Shown: piece after piece, positions 29,243 to 37,447 of the stretch
How positions within the stretch are numbered: the stretch's first letter is position 1
How the letters are laid out: each line of letters opens with the position of its first letter
Assembly (NCBI GenBank): GCA_021158465.1
Contig: JAGGUN010000035.1
Coordinates: 5,669 to 69,668 of the forward strand
Direction of reading: 5' to 3'
Source of the DNA: a bacterium
GTDB taxonomy: Bacteria > UBP14 > UBA6098 > 4484-93
DNA: 64,000 nt
Made by a program: the position numbers and the translations under genes
Notes under the pieces: generated by a model
The model's database searches: none
What the model saw: the letters and a program-made list of their open reading frames with translations, nothing else
What the model was told of the DNA's origin: nothing

Positions 29243-30202
29243 TTAAAGCTTCCCTTCTTTATGTTTTTTTGTCAATTTTTCGAGCATATCTTTTGCCATA
29301 TTAGCCAAGTCGTAATCTGGTTGCCAGCCCCATTCTTCTCTTGCGGCGGAGTCATCGATTGTTTTGGGCCAGGAGTCAGCAATCTTCTGGCGGAAGTCCG
29401 GCTTGTATTCGCAGACAAACTCTGGTATGTGTTTCTTTATCTCTTCAGCCAGTTCACCTGCTGAGAAGCTCATTGCTGCGATGTTGAAGTTCGAATGGTG
29501 GACGAGACGGGATGCCTCAGCGTCCATTAGGTCGAGTGTTGCTTTTATCGCATCGGGCATATACATCATCGGCAAGACGGTCTCCTTGCTGACGAAGCAT
29601 GTGTATCTTTTGTGTTTTATAGCCTCGTAAAATATCTCGACGGCATAATCTGTTGTTCCTCCACCTGGCGGTGTTTCACTGCTTATGATGCCTGGGTACC
29701 TGAGTCCGCGGACATCGACACCATACTTGAGGAAATAGTAGTCACAGAGGAGTTCGCCTGTTACCTTTGTCACGCCGTACATCGTTGTTGGAGCGAGGAT
29801 GGTGTCTTGGGGTGTGTTGTCTCTTGGTGTTGTTGGTCCGAAGACGGCGATAGAGCTTGGATAAAACAGTCTTATCTTGTATTCCCTTGCCAACTCGAGA
29901 ACATTATACAAGCTGTCCATATTCACATGCCAGGCGAGTTGAGGGTTCTCTTCACCTGTGGCTGACAGAACCGCTGCCATGTGATAGATTGTGCCTATGT
30001 TGTATTTCTTTATTGCCCGTTCGATATCGTCCCTGTTTGTTGCATCGAAGGTGATATATGGTCCGGTCTCGACGAGAGCCTTGCCCGGGGCACGTCTATG
30101 CCCGACGGCAACAACATTATCACCACCAAACTTCTCCCGAAGAGCAAGAGTCAGTTCCGAACCTATTTGACCCGTTGAACCCACGACCAGAATTCGCTTC
30201 AT
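29243..30202 (-). CDS. tdh: L-threonine 3-dehydrogenase, NAD-dependent epimerase/dehydratase type
   Basis: 319 aa. GSTGQIG Rossmann motif and SDR-extended fold. Co-operonic with kbl, 18-nt gap. Confidence 0.8.
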   Translation of the reverse strand: MKRILVVGSTGQIGSELTLALREKFGGDNVVAVGHRRAPGKALVETGPYITFDATNRDDIERAIKKYNIGTIYHMAAVLSATGEENPQLAWHVNMDSLYNVLELAREYKIRLFYPSSIAVFGPTTPRDNTPQDTILAPTTMYGVTKVTGELLCDYYFLKYGVDVRGLRYPGIISSETPPGGGTTDYAVEIFYEAIKHKRYTCFVSKETVLPMMYMPDAIKATLDLMDAEASRLVHHSNFNIAAMSFSAGELAEEIKKHIPEFVCEYKPDFRQKIADSWPKTIDDSAAREEWGWQPDYDLANMAKDMLEKLTKKHKEGKL

Positions 30203-30284
30203 CTTACCCCCTTCCTTGCATTCGGGTTAGAGCCACTGTGAACCTAATCAAAATAACTTTTTCTGCCAGAAAATCAATAATATT

Positions 30285-30313
30285 TTTGCAAATCTGGTAT
30301 GTCTAATTTATAA
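30285..30313 (+). promoter_or_regulatory. near-consensus sigma-70 promoter (TTGCAA, 17-nt spacer, TATAAT) for the lipoprotein gene
   Basis: TTGCAA at 30285-30290 and TATAAT at 30308-30313. A GAGGAGGGG ribosome-binding site precedes ATG 30349. Confidence 0.45.
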
Positions 30314-30348
30314 TAAAAATACTAAGGCGAAAAAATCCGAGGAGGGGT

Positions 30349-30822
30349 GTGATGAAAGGCTATTTACTTATGATTTTATCTGTTGTTATCCTTGTCTCCT
30401 GTTCTAAGGGGAAGGTGCCAAACCCAGCGAAGGATCCGTTCTCGAAGCAGAATGTAGCAGGTAGTCTTGCCGATTCACTTGCATCCTTGCATAAGGTGCA
30501 TGTCTTATCCGATTTCCGTTCCGTGATGTATGCGAATTCGATCGACTCTACATACTACATACATCTCGGGTATGCTGGGACGACAATAGGTGAGGAGATT
30601 CCGCTTGAGGAGTATGTAAAGGATGTGGTTGATGTGCTTACGCTCTATATGAGGCGTTTCTACTGGGCGCCGAAGGATAATATCTTTATCGAGGTGGAGT
30701 ACAAGGATGTGCAGGCTATTCTCTCACTCGACGAGTGCATTAGACTTGACCTTATGGCGAAGGGTGGGCAGGAGGAGAAGCTGAAGCGGTTTATAGAGGA
30801 GCACTTCCTCCCTCGCACCTGA
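30349..30822 (+). CDS. hypothetical lipoprotein
   Basis: 157 aa. Lipobox LVSC after a hydrophobic signal peptide. No recognisable domain. Confidence 0.6.
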   Translation: MMKGYLLMILSVVILVSCSKGKVPNPAKDPFSKQNVAGSLADSLASLHKVHVLSDFRSVMYANSIDSTYYIHLGYAGTTIGEEIPLEEYVKDVVDVLTLYMRRFYWAPKDNIFIEVEYKDVQAILSLDECIRLDLMAKGGQEEKLKRFIEEHFLPRT

Positions 30823-30826
30823 TATT

Positions 30827-30840
30827 GGGGCTGTAACCCC
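30827..30840. terminator. weak hairpin between convergent genes
   Basis: GGGG-CTGTAA-CCCC. The stem is only 4 bp. Confidence 0.2.
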
Positions 30841-30844
30841 GTTA

Positions 30845-33800
30845 TTAGCGGATAAGAACGGTTTTCTCTAAGGTTCGTCTGTTTCCTTTTTCAAGCAGGA
30901 TAAGATATATCCCCGATGGAAGCGAGCCTGCATCCCAGACGATCTCGTTTCCCATGGTATAGCCGTTGAATATCTCTGCGACCTCTTCCCCGAGGATATT
31001 GTAAGCGGACAGTTTTATCCTTTCGCTGTCGTTACCAGCGAGGATGATCTTCTGGGTGGAGTTGAACGGATTGGGGATGAGCCTTATGGAGAGCCTTTCC
31101 GGGGAGGCTCCTCTCTTTTGTATGCCGGTGAAGTGGTCTATGGATATGCCTGTGTGATACCTGTTTCCTCGTGCTGTTCCCCATAGGATCGCCCCATCGT
31201 ATGCTTCTGATTCTGTTCGCCATAGGTAGAGTGCCCCGTCGAATGCGGATGCAGCTATCTCAAGGTATCCATCGTTGTCGAGGTCGGATACGACTGGTGT
31301 ACCGAGCGACAGGTCGTTCATAAGGAGAGGGTAGCCGACGACAAGCTCGCCGTCGTCAGATGAGTATGCATATAGCCTTTCCCGCAGGAAGAAAAGGATG
31401 TCCTGGACACCGTCTCCATTTATGTCAGCGACGGCAGGTTCTACAGGGATGACCTCGGTCGCTGGCAGTGGCAAGGGGATGGATAGCAGCGTTTCGGCTG
31501 AGCCGTTCAGGACGATGAGCTGAGAGCAACCCACAACGATAATCTCATCTCTTCCATCGTTGTTCACATCGGCGCAGATAGGGGTCGATGTATAGCCGTA
31601 TGTCCCCGCCGACGGCATCGGGAAGAGGTATGGGAAACCTGGTAGGAGCTCGCCTGTCGAGCTATAGGCGTATACCTTCTGATGGTAGGATGAGAATATG
31701 ATTTCGAATGTTGACAGGTCGCCGTCTATGTCGCCGAGCGAGATAGAGGATGCCGGGTAATCTGCTTCTATCTCTATCGGGAAGCCGTCCGGCTCATTAC
31801 CTTCAATGTCCCAGCAGTAGATGTGTCCTGTGTTGGTCGAGTCGTTGCGGTTTCCTGGGAAGATAATCTCCTTCACGCCGTCACCGTTTATATCGGCGAC
31901 AGCTGGAGTGCCATAGTTGACGCCGTAGTTGTCAAGATATGTATAGGCAAACATCCCTGGAGACTCGGGGAAAAGCTCGGAGTATAGCTCTCCGTTCCAG
32001 CGCCATATATAGAACCTTCTGTATTCGTTGGCGACAATTATCTCGGTATATCCGTCGCCGTCTATATCCGAGGCAACGATATTTGTCAGAGCGGGTCCAA
32101 TCATATGGGAGGGCCAGCCTGGTGTGTCTGTTCCGTCGATCTCCCACATATACACATTCCAGTCGATGTCTCGGGAGGCAACTGTTATCTCACTTTGCCC
32201 ATCTTCGTCAAAATCCTCCACGACACCGGACGACCATATACCCTCTGTTGCGAGTGTTTCTATTGCTATCTCTGCGAACGGATTGATTGTGGCAGGGTTC
32301 CTGTCAATCACTTCTTCCCCTGAGAGATGGAAGCCGTATACGAGCCCCTTGATGCTCCCGGCGAACATTTCGTCTATTCCGTCTCCATCGATGTCGCCGA
32401 AGAACGGGGTCGTGGCGAACTTGTCCCCTCCTCCTATACGGATGGGCCAACCAGGGTAGGTGGCAAGTGATGTCCATGCGAATATAGCGTCGGAGAGTGC
32501 GCCTTCAACGAGGTCATGGCTGAGGGAACTGACCCTGTAGAAGAACCCACTGCCGCGCTCGAGCGGGGAATCGAGAAAGCTCGATATTCCGGCTATTGGG
32601 TAGTCGTTCACTCGAACATACTCACCGTCCAGCTCCTCTGAGCGATAGACATTGAAGGCATAGGCGTTGCTATCGCTTGCCGACCAGTTTACCTTTATCC
32701 AGTCAACGCCGTTTTCCATAAGGAGTGTCTCCGGAGGTAGCGGGATAACGAGCAAGCAGTTGAAAAGTTTCTCGTTGCCGAAGCTATCCACAAGAGAGAG
32801 GGAGAAAGGTATACCTCCTCCGTCATATGAAGCAGAGACGGAGAGATCAAAGCTAATGGATACCTCATCAAGGTGAGAGACCTCGCCCACAGGCATAGAG
32901 TCTTCAGCCACGGTAAGCAGGCTTCCTGGTATGAATACCATGTATCCTCCGGGGAAATCGCCGGTTCCGAGGTTCTTTAGCTCGGCTGTGAGCTGTGCTT
33001 CATCGAGCGGTTCGACCATATTGTCTCCGTCTGCGTCGTTCCAGAGGATGCGGAGGGTCTGCATATCGGGTGTGTCGACTCTGAGGTGAAGGGTCTCCTG
33101 TACAGTATGTTCTCCGGTCAGTTCCACAAGCACAGGCAAGACCCTGCTCCCTTTTAATGTATCTGATAGGAGGAGGGAGAATATATCCAAATAGACAGAG
33201 TCCGTGGCTGGGATGACTACAGTGGTGTCGTCGGGCGTATGAGTGAAATGTGGTGAGCTGGCGATACTGACCGTGGCAGTAGTTGTTTCTCTACCTGTAT
33301 TTTCGACCCAAAAGGGGAACAGGATGTTTTCCCCAGGCTCATATGTAGAGTCGCTATCTCCTGTAAGTTCCACGGGTGTATCGGGGTAAATGACAAGATG
33401 TGCTGCCGAGGGGGGAGAAACAAATACTGTCTCTGCCACGGGGGCGATGTTATCACCTGTCACCCAGACAAAGAGCGTCTCCGATCTGCCGAAAGAGAAC
33501 CGAAAGGAGATCCTTCCTGTCTCATCTGTAAACCCTATTGCGCTTCTGCCGTCTGGTGTGAAGCAGGAAACGGTTGCCGAATCGATTGGACTGCCTGTTG
33601 TATCGTTCACGGAGACGGTTACGAAGGTATCGGAGAGGGAGATAGAATCGGGTTCAACCTCGACCACGGGGAAGATGGGTGGAGCGGTAAAGAGTCTGAG
33701 CAAGGGGTACCCTTCAAGATGCGTTATGAATAGCAGGTATCTGTCGAAGCCAGCAGCATAGACATAGACTCCTCCCATAATATCGCCGAGGCAGTTCATT

Positions 33801-35482
33801 CCGTGTCGGGCTATCATCCTGTAGAACCTTTCCAGCGTTCCTTTGTGGTGTGTCCAGGCGGTTCTGGTGTTCCCTATAAATGCTACTCCACCACCGGCGG
33901 GCGCAAATAGCCAGTGCTCGGAGATACAGTCGAAGTCGACAGCGTTCACCGTGCAGGAAAAGGAGACAAGAACCGGGTAAAAAGGGGAGTTTGTTAGAGT
34001 GTCGAAGTCGGAGGAAAAGAACCCTCCTCCACCGCATTTAAACCCTGTTCCTATGAAATACTGTGAGGAATGACCGACATGGAAAAGGATCTGGTGTCCT
34101 CTGTTCAGCTCCCTATCGAAGTTCAGGTAGTTGAGTTCGTCTGCCTCGAAAGTTGAGCATTCCTCTGGGCGCGAGAATAGCCTTGTGAATCTTACATCCT
34201 CGGGAGGGGGTGATGTTATGACCATAGAATCGAGGAAAAAGGCTCCGATGCAGTCTGTACATCCGTTGGAGAGGGCTGCACCGGCGAGGAGCCAGTCGGT
34301 GTAGAACTGCTCGGAGGAGTCGGCGAGGAGACGGTCTTCGAGGGAGAATGTCCTGTACTTGGCGAGATAGAGCGTCGCTTCGGATATATCCTCGGCTGAG
34401 ACTCGCCCCACTGACAGCTCCGGATAGGGGTCGTCCTCGACTGATTCCCCGAAGTGATAGTCGCCATTTGAGTTCCAGTTACCGTCGAGGCAGGTGTAGT
34501 ACAGGTCTGTCGGGACATCAACATAGGAGGAGACAGCATCCCTTGCATACCCGTACCTCATCGGCACAAAGGTAGGGTCTCCTCCTATGAAAAGGCAGGA
34601 TGCACCCCATATCCGGTAGGCGTCCTGCATAAATCTCCTTATCTTTTCGGGGAGATCCAGTCCGAAGTAGTTCTCATCTATTTCTTCCACTGTTATGGTG
34701 CGTGAGAATGAGCCGTATTTTATTCCGTCAAACTGCGAGAAGACAGGTGCAAGGCTGTCCGTTGTCAGTATAATTAGGTCAACAGGATCATCGCCTGGCG
34801 TAGGCGGAAAGCTCTCCTGTCGACCAGATATAACCTGTGTATACTCCTGGATGTTGTAGCAGACGGAGAATCTAGGAATGTCCTCCGGGTTGTCCACGAG
34901 GGACAGGAGGAGCTTCTTCCTGAAGAGAGCAGAGACTGGGGTCATAACCCTGGGGACAAAGACCTGTTCTTCTTGACCGAAGCGGAGGGTAATATCGATT
35001 CTTCTGTTGAGGATGAGCGTTCCTGTAACTGGAAGGTAAGAGACAGGATAGATGATAAGGGAGACGATGTGGTTTCCAGAGAGGTACCCTGAGCCTGCAA
35101 TTTTCACGACCGTGTCGGGATAAGCCTCGCTTTTATAGGTCGCCTTCTGTGGTTCCCAGGCGCTCATATCTGGTCGAAGGTTCCCTATCGGGGCAAGGTC
35201 GAATCTCCCTTCGAGGGTGTCAGACAGAACGGTGTATTCTATCCCCAGGAGTGATTTGGGAGGCACTATTAGGTTGATGCTCTTTGCAGGCAGCGCGGGT
35301 GTGCCAACTTCACCCAAGATCTGGCAACCTTTCATACCGACAGCTACTCCAGCTTCCAAGTAGTTGAAGGAAATATCGTTTGGTGAGAACTCGAGGGAGT
35401 ATCTCATTTCCGATGCATACAGGGGAAAAACGAGGATAAGTATGGCTGTAACTTTTATAATTAATCTCATTTCTCCCTCCAT
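30845..35482 (-). CDS. peptidase C25 (gingipain-like, clan CD) protein with an FG-GAP β-propeller and a T9SS C-terminal domain
   Basis: 1545 aa. Signal peptide. DLYYTCLDGNW, HVGHSS and SFSCTVNA resemble the His/Cys dyad. Eight or more DxDGDGxxE FG-GAP-type repeats. C-terminus IPNPFNSTQ...GIYLILL is a T9SS CTD. Confidence 0.7.
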   Translation of the reverse strand: MEGEMRLIIKVTAILILVFPLYASEMRYSLEFSPNDISFNYLEAGVAVGMKGCQILGEVGTPALPAKSINLIVPPKSLLGIEYTVLSDTLEGRFDLAPIGNLRPDMSAWEPQKATYKSEAYPDTVVKIAGSGYLSGNHIVSLIIYPVSYLPVTGTLILNRRIDITLRFGQEEQVFVPRVMTPVSALFRKKLLLSLVDNPEDIPRFSVCYNIQEYTQVISGRQESFPPTPGDDPVDLIILTTDSLAPVFSQFDGIKYGSFSRTITVEEIDENYFGLDLPEKIRRFMQDAYRIWGASCLFIGGDPTFVPMRYGYARDAVSSYVDVPTDLYYTCLDGNWNSNGDYHFGESVEDDPYPELSVGRVSAEDISEATLYLAKYRTFSLEDRLLADSSEQFYTDWLLAGAALSNGCTDCIGAFFLDSMVITSPPPEDVRFTRLFSRPEECSTFEADELNYLNFDRELNRGHQILFHVGHSSQYFIGTGFKCGGGGFFSSDFDTLTNSPFYPVLVSFSCTVNAVDFDCISEHWLFAPAGGGVAFIGNTRTAWTHHKGTLERFYRMIARHGMNCLGDIMGGVYVYAAGFDRYLLFITHLEGYPLLRLFTAPPIFPVVEVEPDSISLSDTFVTVSVNDTTGSPIDSATVSCFTPDGRSAIGFTDETGRISFRFSFGRSETLFVWVTGDNIAPVAETVFVSPPSAAHLVIYPDTPVELTGDSDSTYEPGENILFPFWVENTGRETTTATVSIASSPHFTHTPDDTTVVIPATDSVYLDIFSLLLSDTLKGSRVLPVLVELTGEHTVQETLHLRVDTPDMQTLRILWNDADGDNMVEPLDEAQLTAELKNLGTGDFPGGYMVFIPGSLLTVAEDSMPVGEVSHLDEVSISFDLSVSASYDGGGIPFSLSLVDSFGNEKLFNCLLVIPLPPETLLMENGVDWIKVNWSASDSNAYAFNVYRSEELDGEYVRVNDYPIAGISSFLDSPLERGSGFFYRVSSLSHDLVEGALSDAIFAWTSLATYPGWPIRIGGGDKFATTPFFGDIDGDGIDEMFAGSIKGLVYGFHLSGEEVIDRNPATINPFAEIAIETLATEGIWSSGVVEDFDEDGQSEITVASRDIDWNVYMWEIDGTDTPGWPSHMIGPALTNIVASDIDGDGYTEIIVANEYRRFYIWRWNGELYSELFPESPGMFAYTYLDNYGVNYGTPAVADINGDGVKEIIFPGNRNDSTNTGHIYCWDIEGNEPDGFPIEIEADYPASSISLGDIDGDLSTFEIIFSSYHQKVYAYSSTGELLPGFPYLFPMPSAGTYGYTSTPICADVNNDGRDEIIVVGCSQLIVLNGSAETLLSIPLPLPATEVIPVEPAVADINGDGVQDILFFLRERLYAYSSDDGELVVGYPLLMNDLSLGTPVVSDLDNDGYLEIAASAFDGALYLWRTESEAYDGAILWGTARGNRYHTGISIDHFTGIQKRGASPERLSIRLIPNPFNSTQKIILAGNDSERIKLSAYNILGEEVAEIFNGYTMGNEIVWDAGSLPSGIYLILLEKGNRRTLEKTVLIR

Positions 35483-36546
35483 TCACCCAGTCCTTCGAGC
35501 ATTCTTCTGACGACAGATACTGGGTTGTGATAACTTTCGACCCACCTGCGTCCGTTTTCGGCGATATGGGGTATCATCTCGGGGTGGTCGAAGAACTCTG
35601 CTATCCTGTCCACGATATTCCTCTCATTTATGGTTATGAACGGATGTTCTCCAAGTAGGCGTTCATAGTCAGGTTTTAGCTCGACGAGTGTTGGTATCCC
35701 CATAGATATAGCCTCGAGTGCTGATATTCCGTATCCCAGCTCGCCGAGCTGGTCAATGAATATATCGCAGGTCGACTTTTGCTCGATAGCCTCCTTGTAT
35801 GGAACCCCCTCTATCAGCACAATCTCAATAGGATAAACTTTTTCCGCTTCCCGAAGTGCTGATAGTATCCTCTTTGTTCCTTTGGTGGCTCTGTGTGTGG
35901 GGCTGTGCCCCACGCGAAGCAAACCGTTCCCAGACCAGAACTTCTCCTTCATACGGAACCTGCTTGCATCGAACGGGAATGGTAGATGCTCAAGCCCGTT
36001 GCAGTAGTATATATGATCGAACTCGAACCCGTATATCTTGTCCGCTATCTTCTTTATATAAGGCATAAGCCCGACCCATCTGAGGTCGACTCCGTAATAG
36101 ACTGCAGCGAGCTTTTTCCCGGAGAGGTCGAGCGATTGCAAAATCTTCCCCGAACGCAGAAACCCCTCTCCACCATCCAGGAATATTATATCGGCGTTCC
36201 TCACAATGTCTAAAGCGGTCGATGAAGAAAGGAGTTTTTCCCAGAGCCTATCACGGAGGGAGAAGAAGAGCTTATGCACCGGTGTTGCAGGTTTCCAGAG
36301 CCGCTCTCCGCTTTCTCGACGGAGATTGTCCACACGAACGGTCATCCACGGGAACAGCTTCTTGCCTGCCTTTGCGATAGGGTCATCTATCAAGGGGAGG
36401 GATAATGGTATATCTTCGCCGGGGAAGTTGGGGAGTGTGTGCCGGGTTATGAGTTGTGAGTGGTATCCGAGGTGTCTTTCCGTTTCTGCGAGAAGCGAGG
36501 GAAGACCAGCGAAGTTCACAGTTGCGAGATGAACTATGCTCTTCAT
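35467..36546 (-). CDS. glycosyltransferase (GT-B, group-1-like)
   Basis: C-terminal GT-B-like region. ATG at 36546 overlaps the stop of the methyltransferase in an ATGA. The ORF-track start at 36693 is rejected as an upstream extension. Confidence 0.55.
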   Translation of the reverse strand: MKSIVHLATVNFAGLPSLLAETERHLGYHSQLITRHTLPNFPGEDIPLSLPLIDDPIAKAGKKLFPWMTVRVDNLRRESGERLWKPATPVHKLFFSLRDRLWEKLLSSSTALDIVRNADIIFLDGGEGFLRSGKILQSLDLSGKKLAAVYYGVDLRWVGLMPYIKKIADKIYGFEFDHIYYCNGLEHLPFPFDASRFRMKEKFWSGNGLLRVGHSPTHRATKGTKRILSALREAEKVYPIEIVLIEGVPYKEAIEQKSTCDIFIDQLGELGYGISALEAISMGIPTLVELKPDYERLLGEHPFITINERNIVDRIAEFFDHPEMIPHIAENGRRWVESYHNPVSVVRRMLEGLGEWREK

Positions 36547-37337
36547 TCGGGTTTCCTCGCAAGAAGGTAACTCCTTGGACCGCGCCGGAGAAACGCCCGC
36601 ATAAGGTGATCTATCAGGAGAAGGCGTATGAGCCCGTATAGGATATTCAACGATATAATCATCATCTTGAAGAGTGCCCGCCTTAGATGGCATGGCTTAT
36701 TGTGCCACATCCGTTCGAACAGCATACTGATTGCTGTCTGCCAGAAGCGCGTCTCCTTCTCGAATGTGCCCGATTCCACCAGCTCAAACCCTGCTTTCTC
36801 TGCCATACTGGCAAGCTCGGATGGTCTGTATGCGGTGTGAATATACCCTTCTGGGGATGCTACACCGAAGCTTTCGGGGATATCGTCGGAGAGGTATTTG
36901 GGCTTTATCCTGCCGTAGCTTGGACAGGTGATGAGAAGATAACCGCCTGGCTTTATAATCCGGAAGAAGGAGCGAATGACGCCCTCTGCATCTTCTACAT
37001 GTTCGATGGACTCCGAGCAGAGGACGTTTTTGACCGAGTTATCCCGCAGGAAATCGAGCCGCTCCATATCCCCCTGAATGTAAAGGTTGTTGGGGTATCG
37101 GCTCTTTGCAATCCGGAGGGCTGGGAGCGCAATATCAACTCCGATGACCCTGCCCATCCTGTATCCGCTGGAGAGATACCCTCTATTGCAGCCAACATCA
37201 AGTAGAACGCCTTCGGGGATCAGACGCAACATCCTCCTCACAAAATTTGCTCGAAGCCTGCCGGAGGGAGTCCGATAGATAAACTCCTCCTCAGGGTAGC
37301 GCTCAGCAAGCCTGTTATAGAATTCTACAAGATCCAC
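36543..37337 (-). CDS. class I SAM-dependent methyltransferase
   Basis: 264 aa. Motif I LLDVGCNRGYL, Methyltransf_11-like. Confidence 0.75.
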   Translation of the reverse strand: MDLVEFYNRLAERYPEEEFIYRTPSGRLRANFVRRMLRLIPEGVLLDVGCNRGYLSSGYRMGRVIGVDIALPALRIAKSRYPNNLYIQGDMERLDFLRDNSVKNVLCSESIEHVEDAEGVIRSFFRIIKPGGYLLITCPSYGRIKPKYLSDDIPESFGVASPEGYIHTAYRPSELASMAEKAGFELVESGTFEKETRFWQTAISMLFERMWHNKPCHLRRALFKMMIISLNILYGLIRLLLIDHLMRAFLRRGPRSYLLARKPE

Positions 37338-37390
37338 AGAGAAACAATCTATTTAAAACTACCCGATTAGTCAAGTTGTTCTATTTGGGC

Positions 37391-37419
37391 TTGACTTTTC
37401 CTGCATTACTTGTTAAAAT
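37391..37419 (+). promoter_or_regulatory. putative sigma-70 promoter (TTGACT, 17-nt spacer, TAAAAT)
   Basis: TTGACT at 37391-37396 and TAAAAT at 37414-37419. AAAGGAG ribosome-binding site at 37433-37439 and ATG at 37448. Confidence 0.4.
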
Positions 37420-37447
37420 TTGACCCATAAAACAAAGGAGCGGTAAT

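Noticed and set aside
36547-36693. 5' extension of the glycosyltransferase ORF (start 36693)
   Set aside because: The extension overlaps the 3' end of the methyltransferase gene. ATG 36546 gives the classic ATGA coupling. The upstream 49 residues are Pro/Ser-rich and non-homologous.
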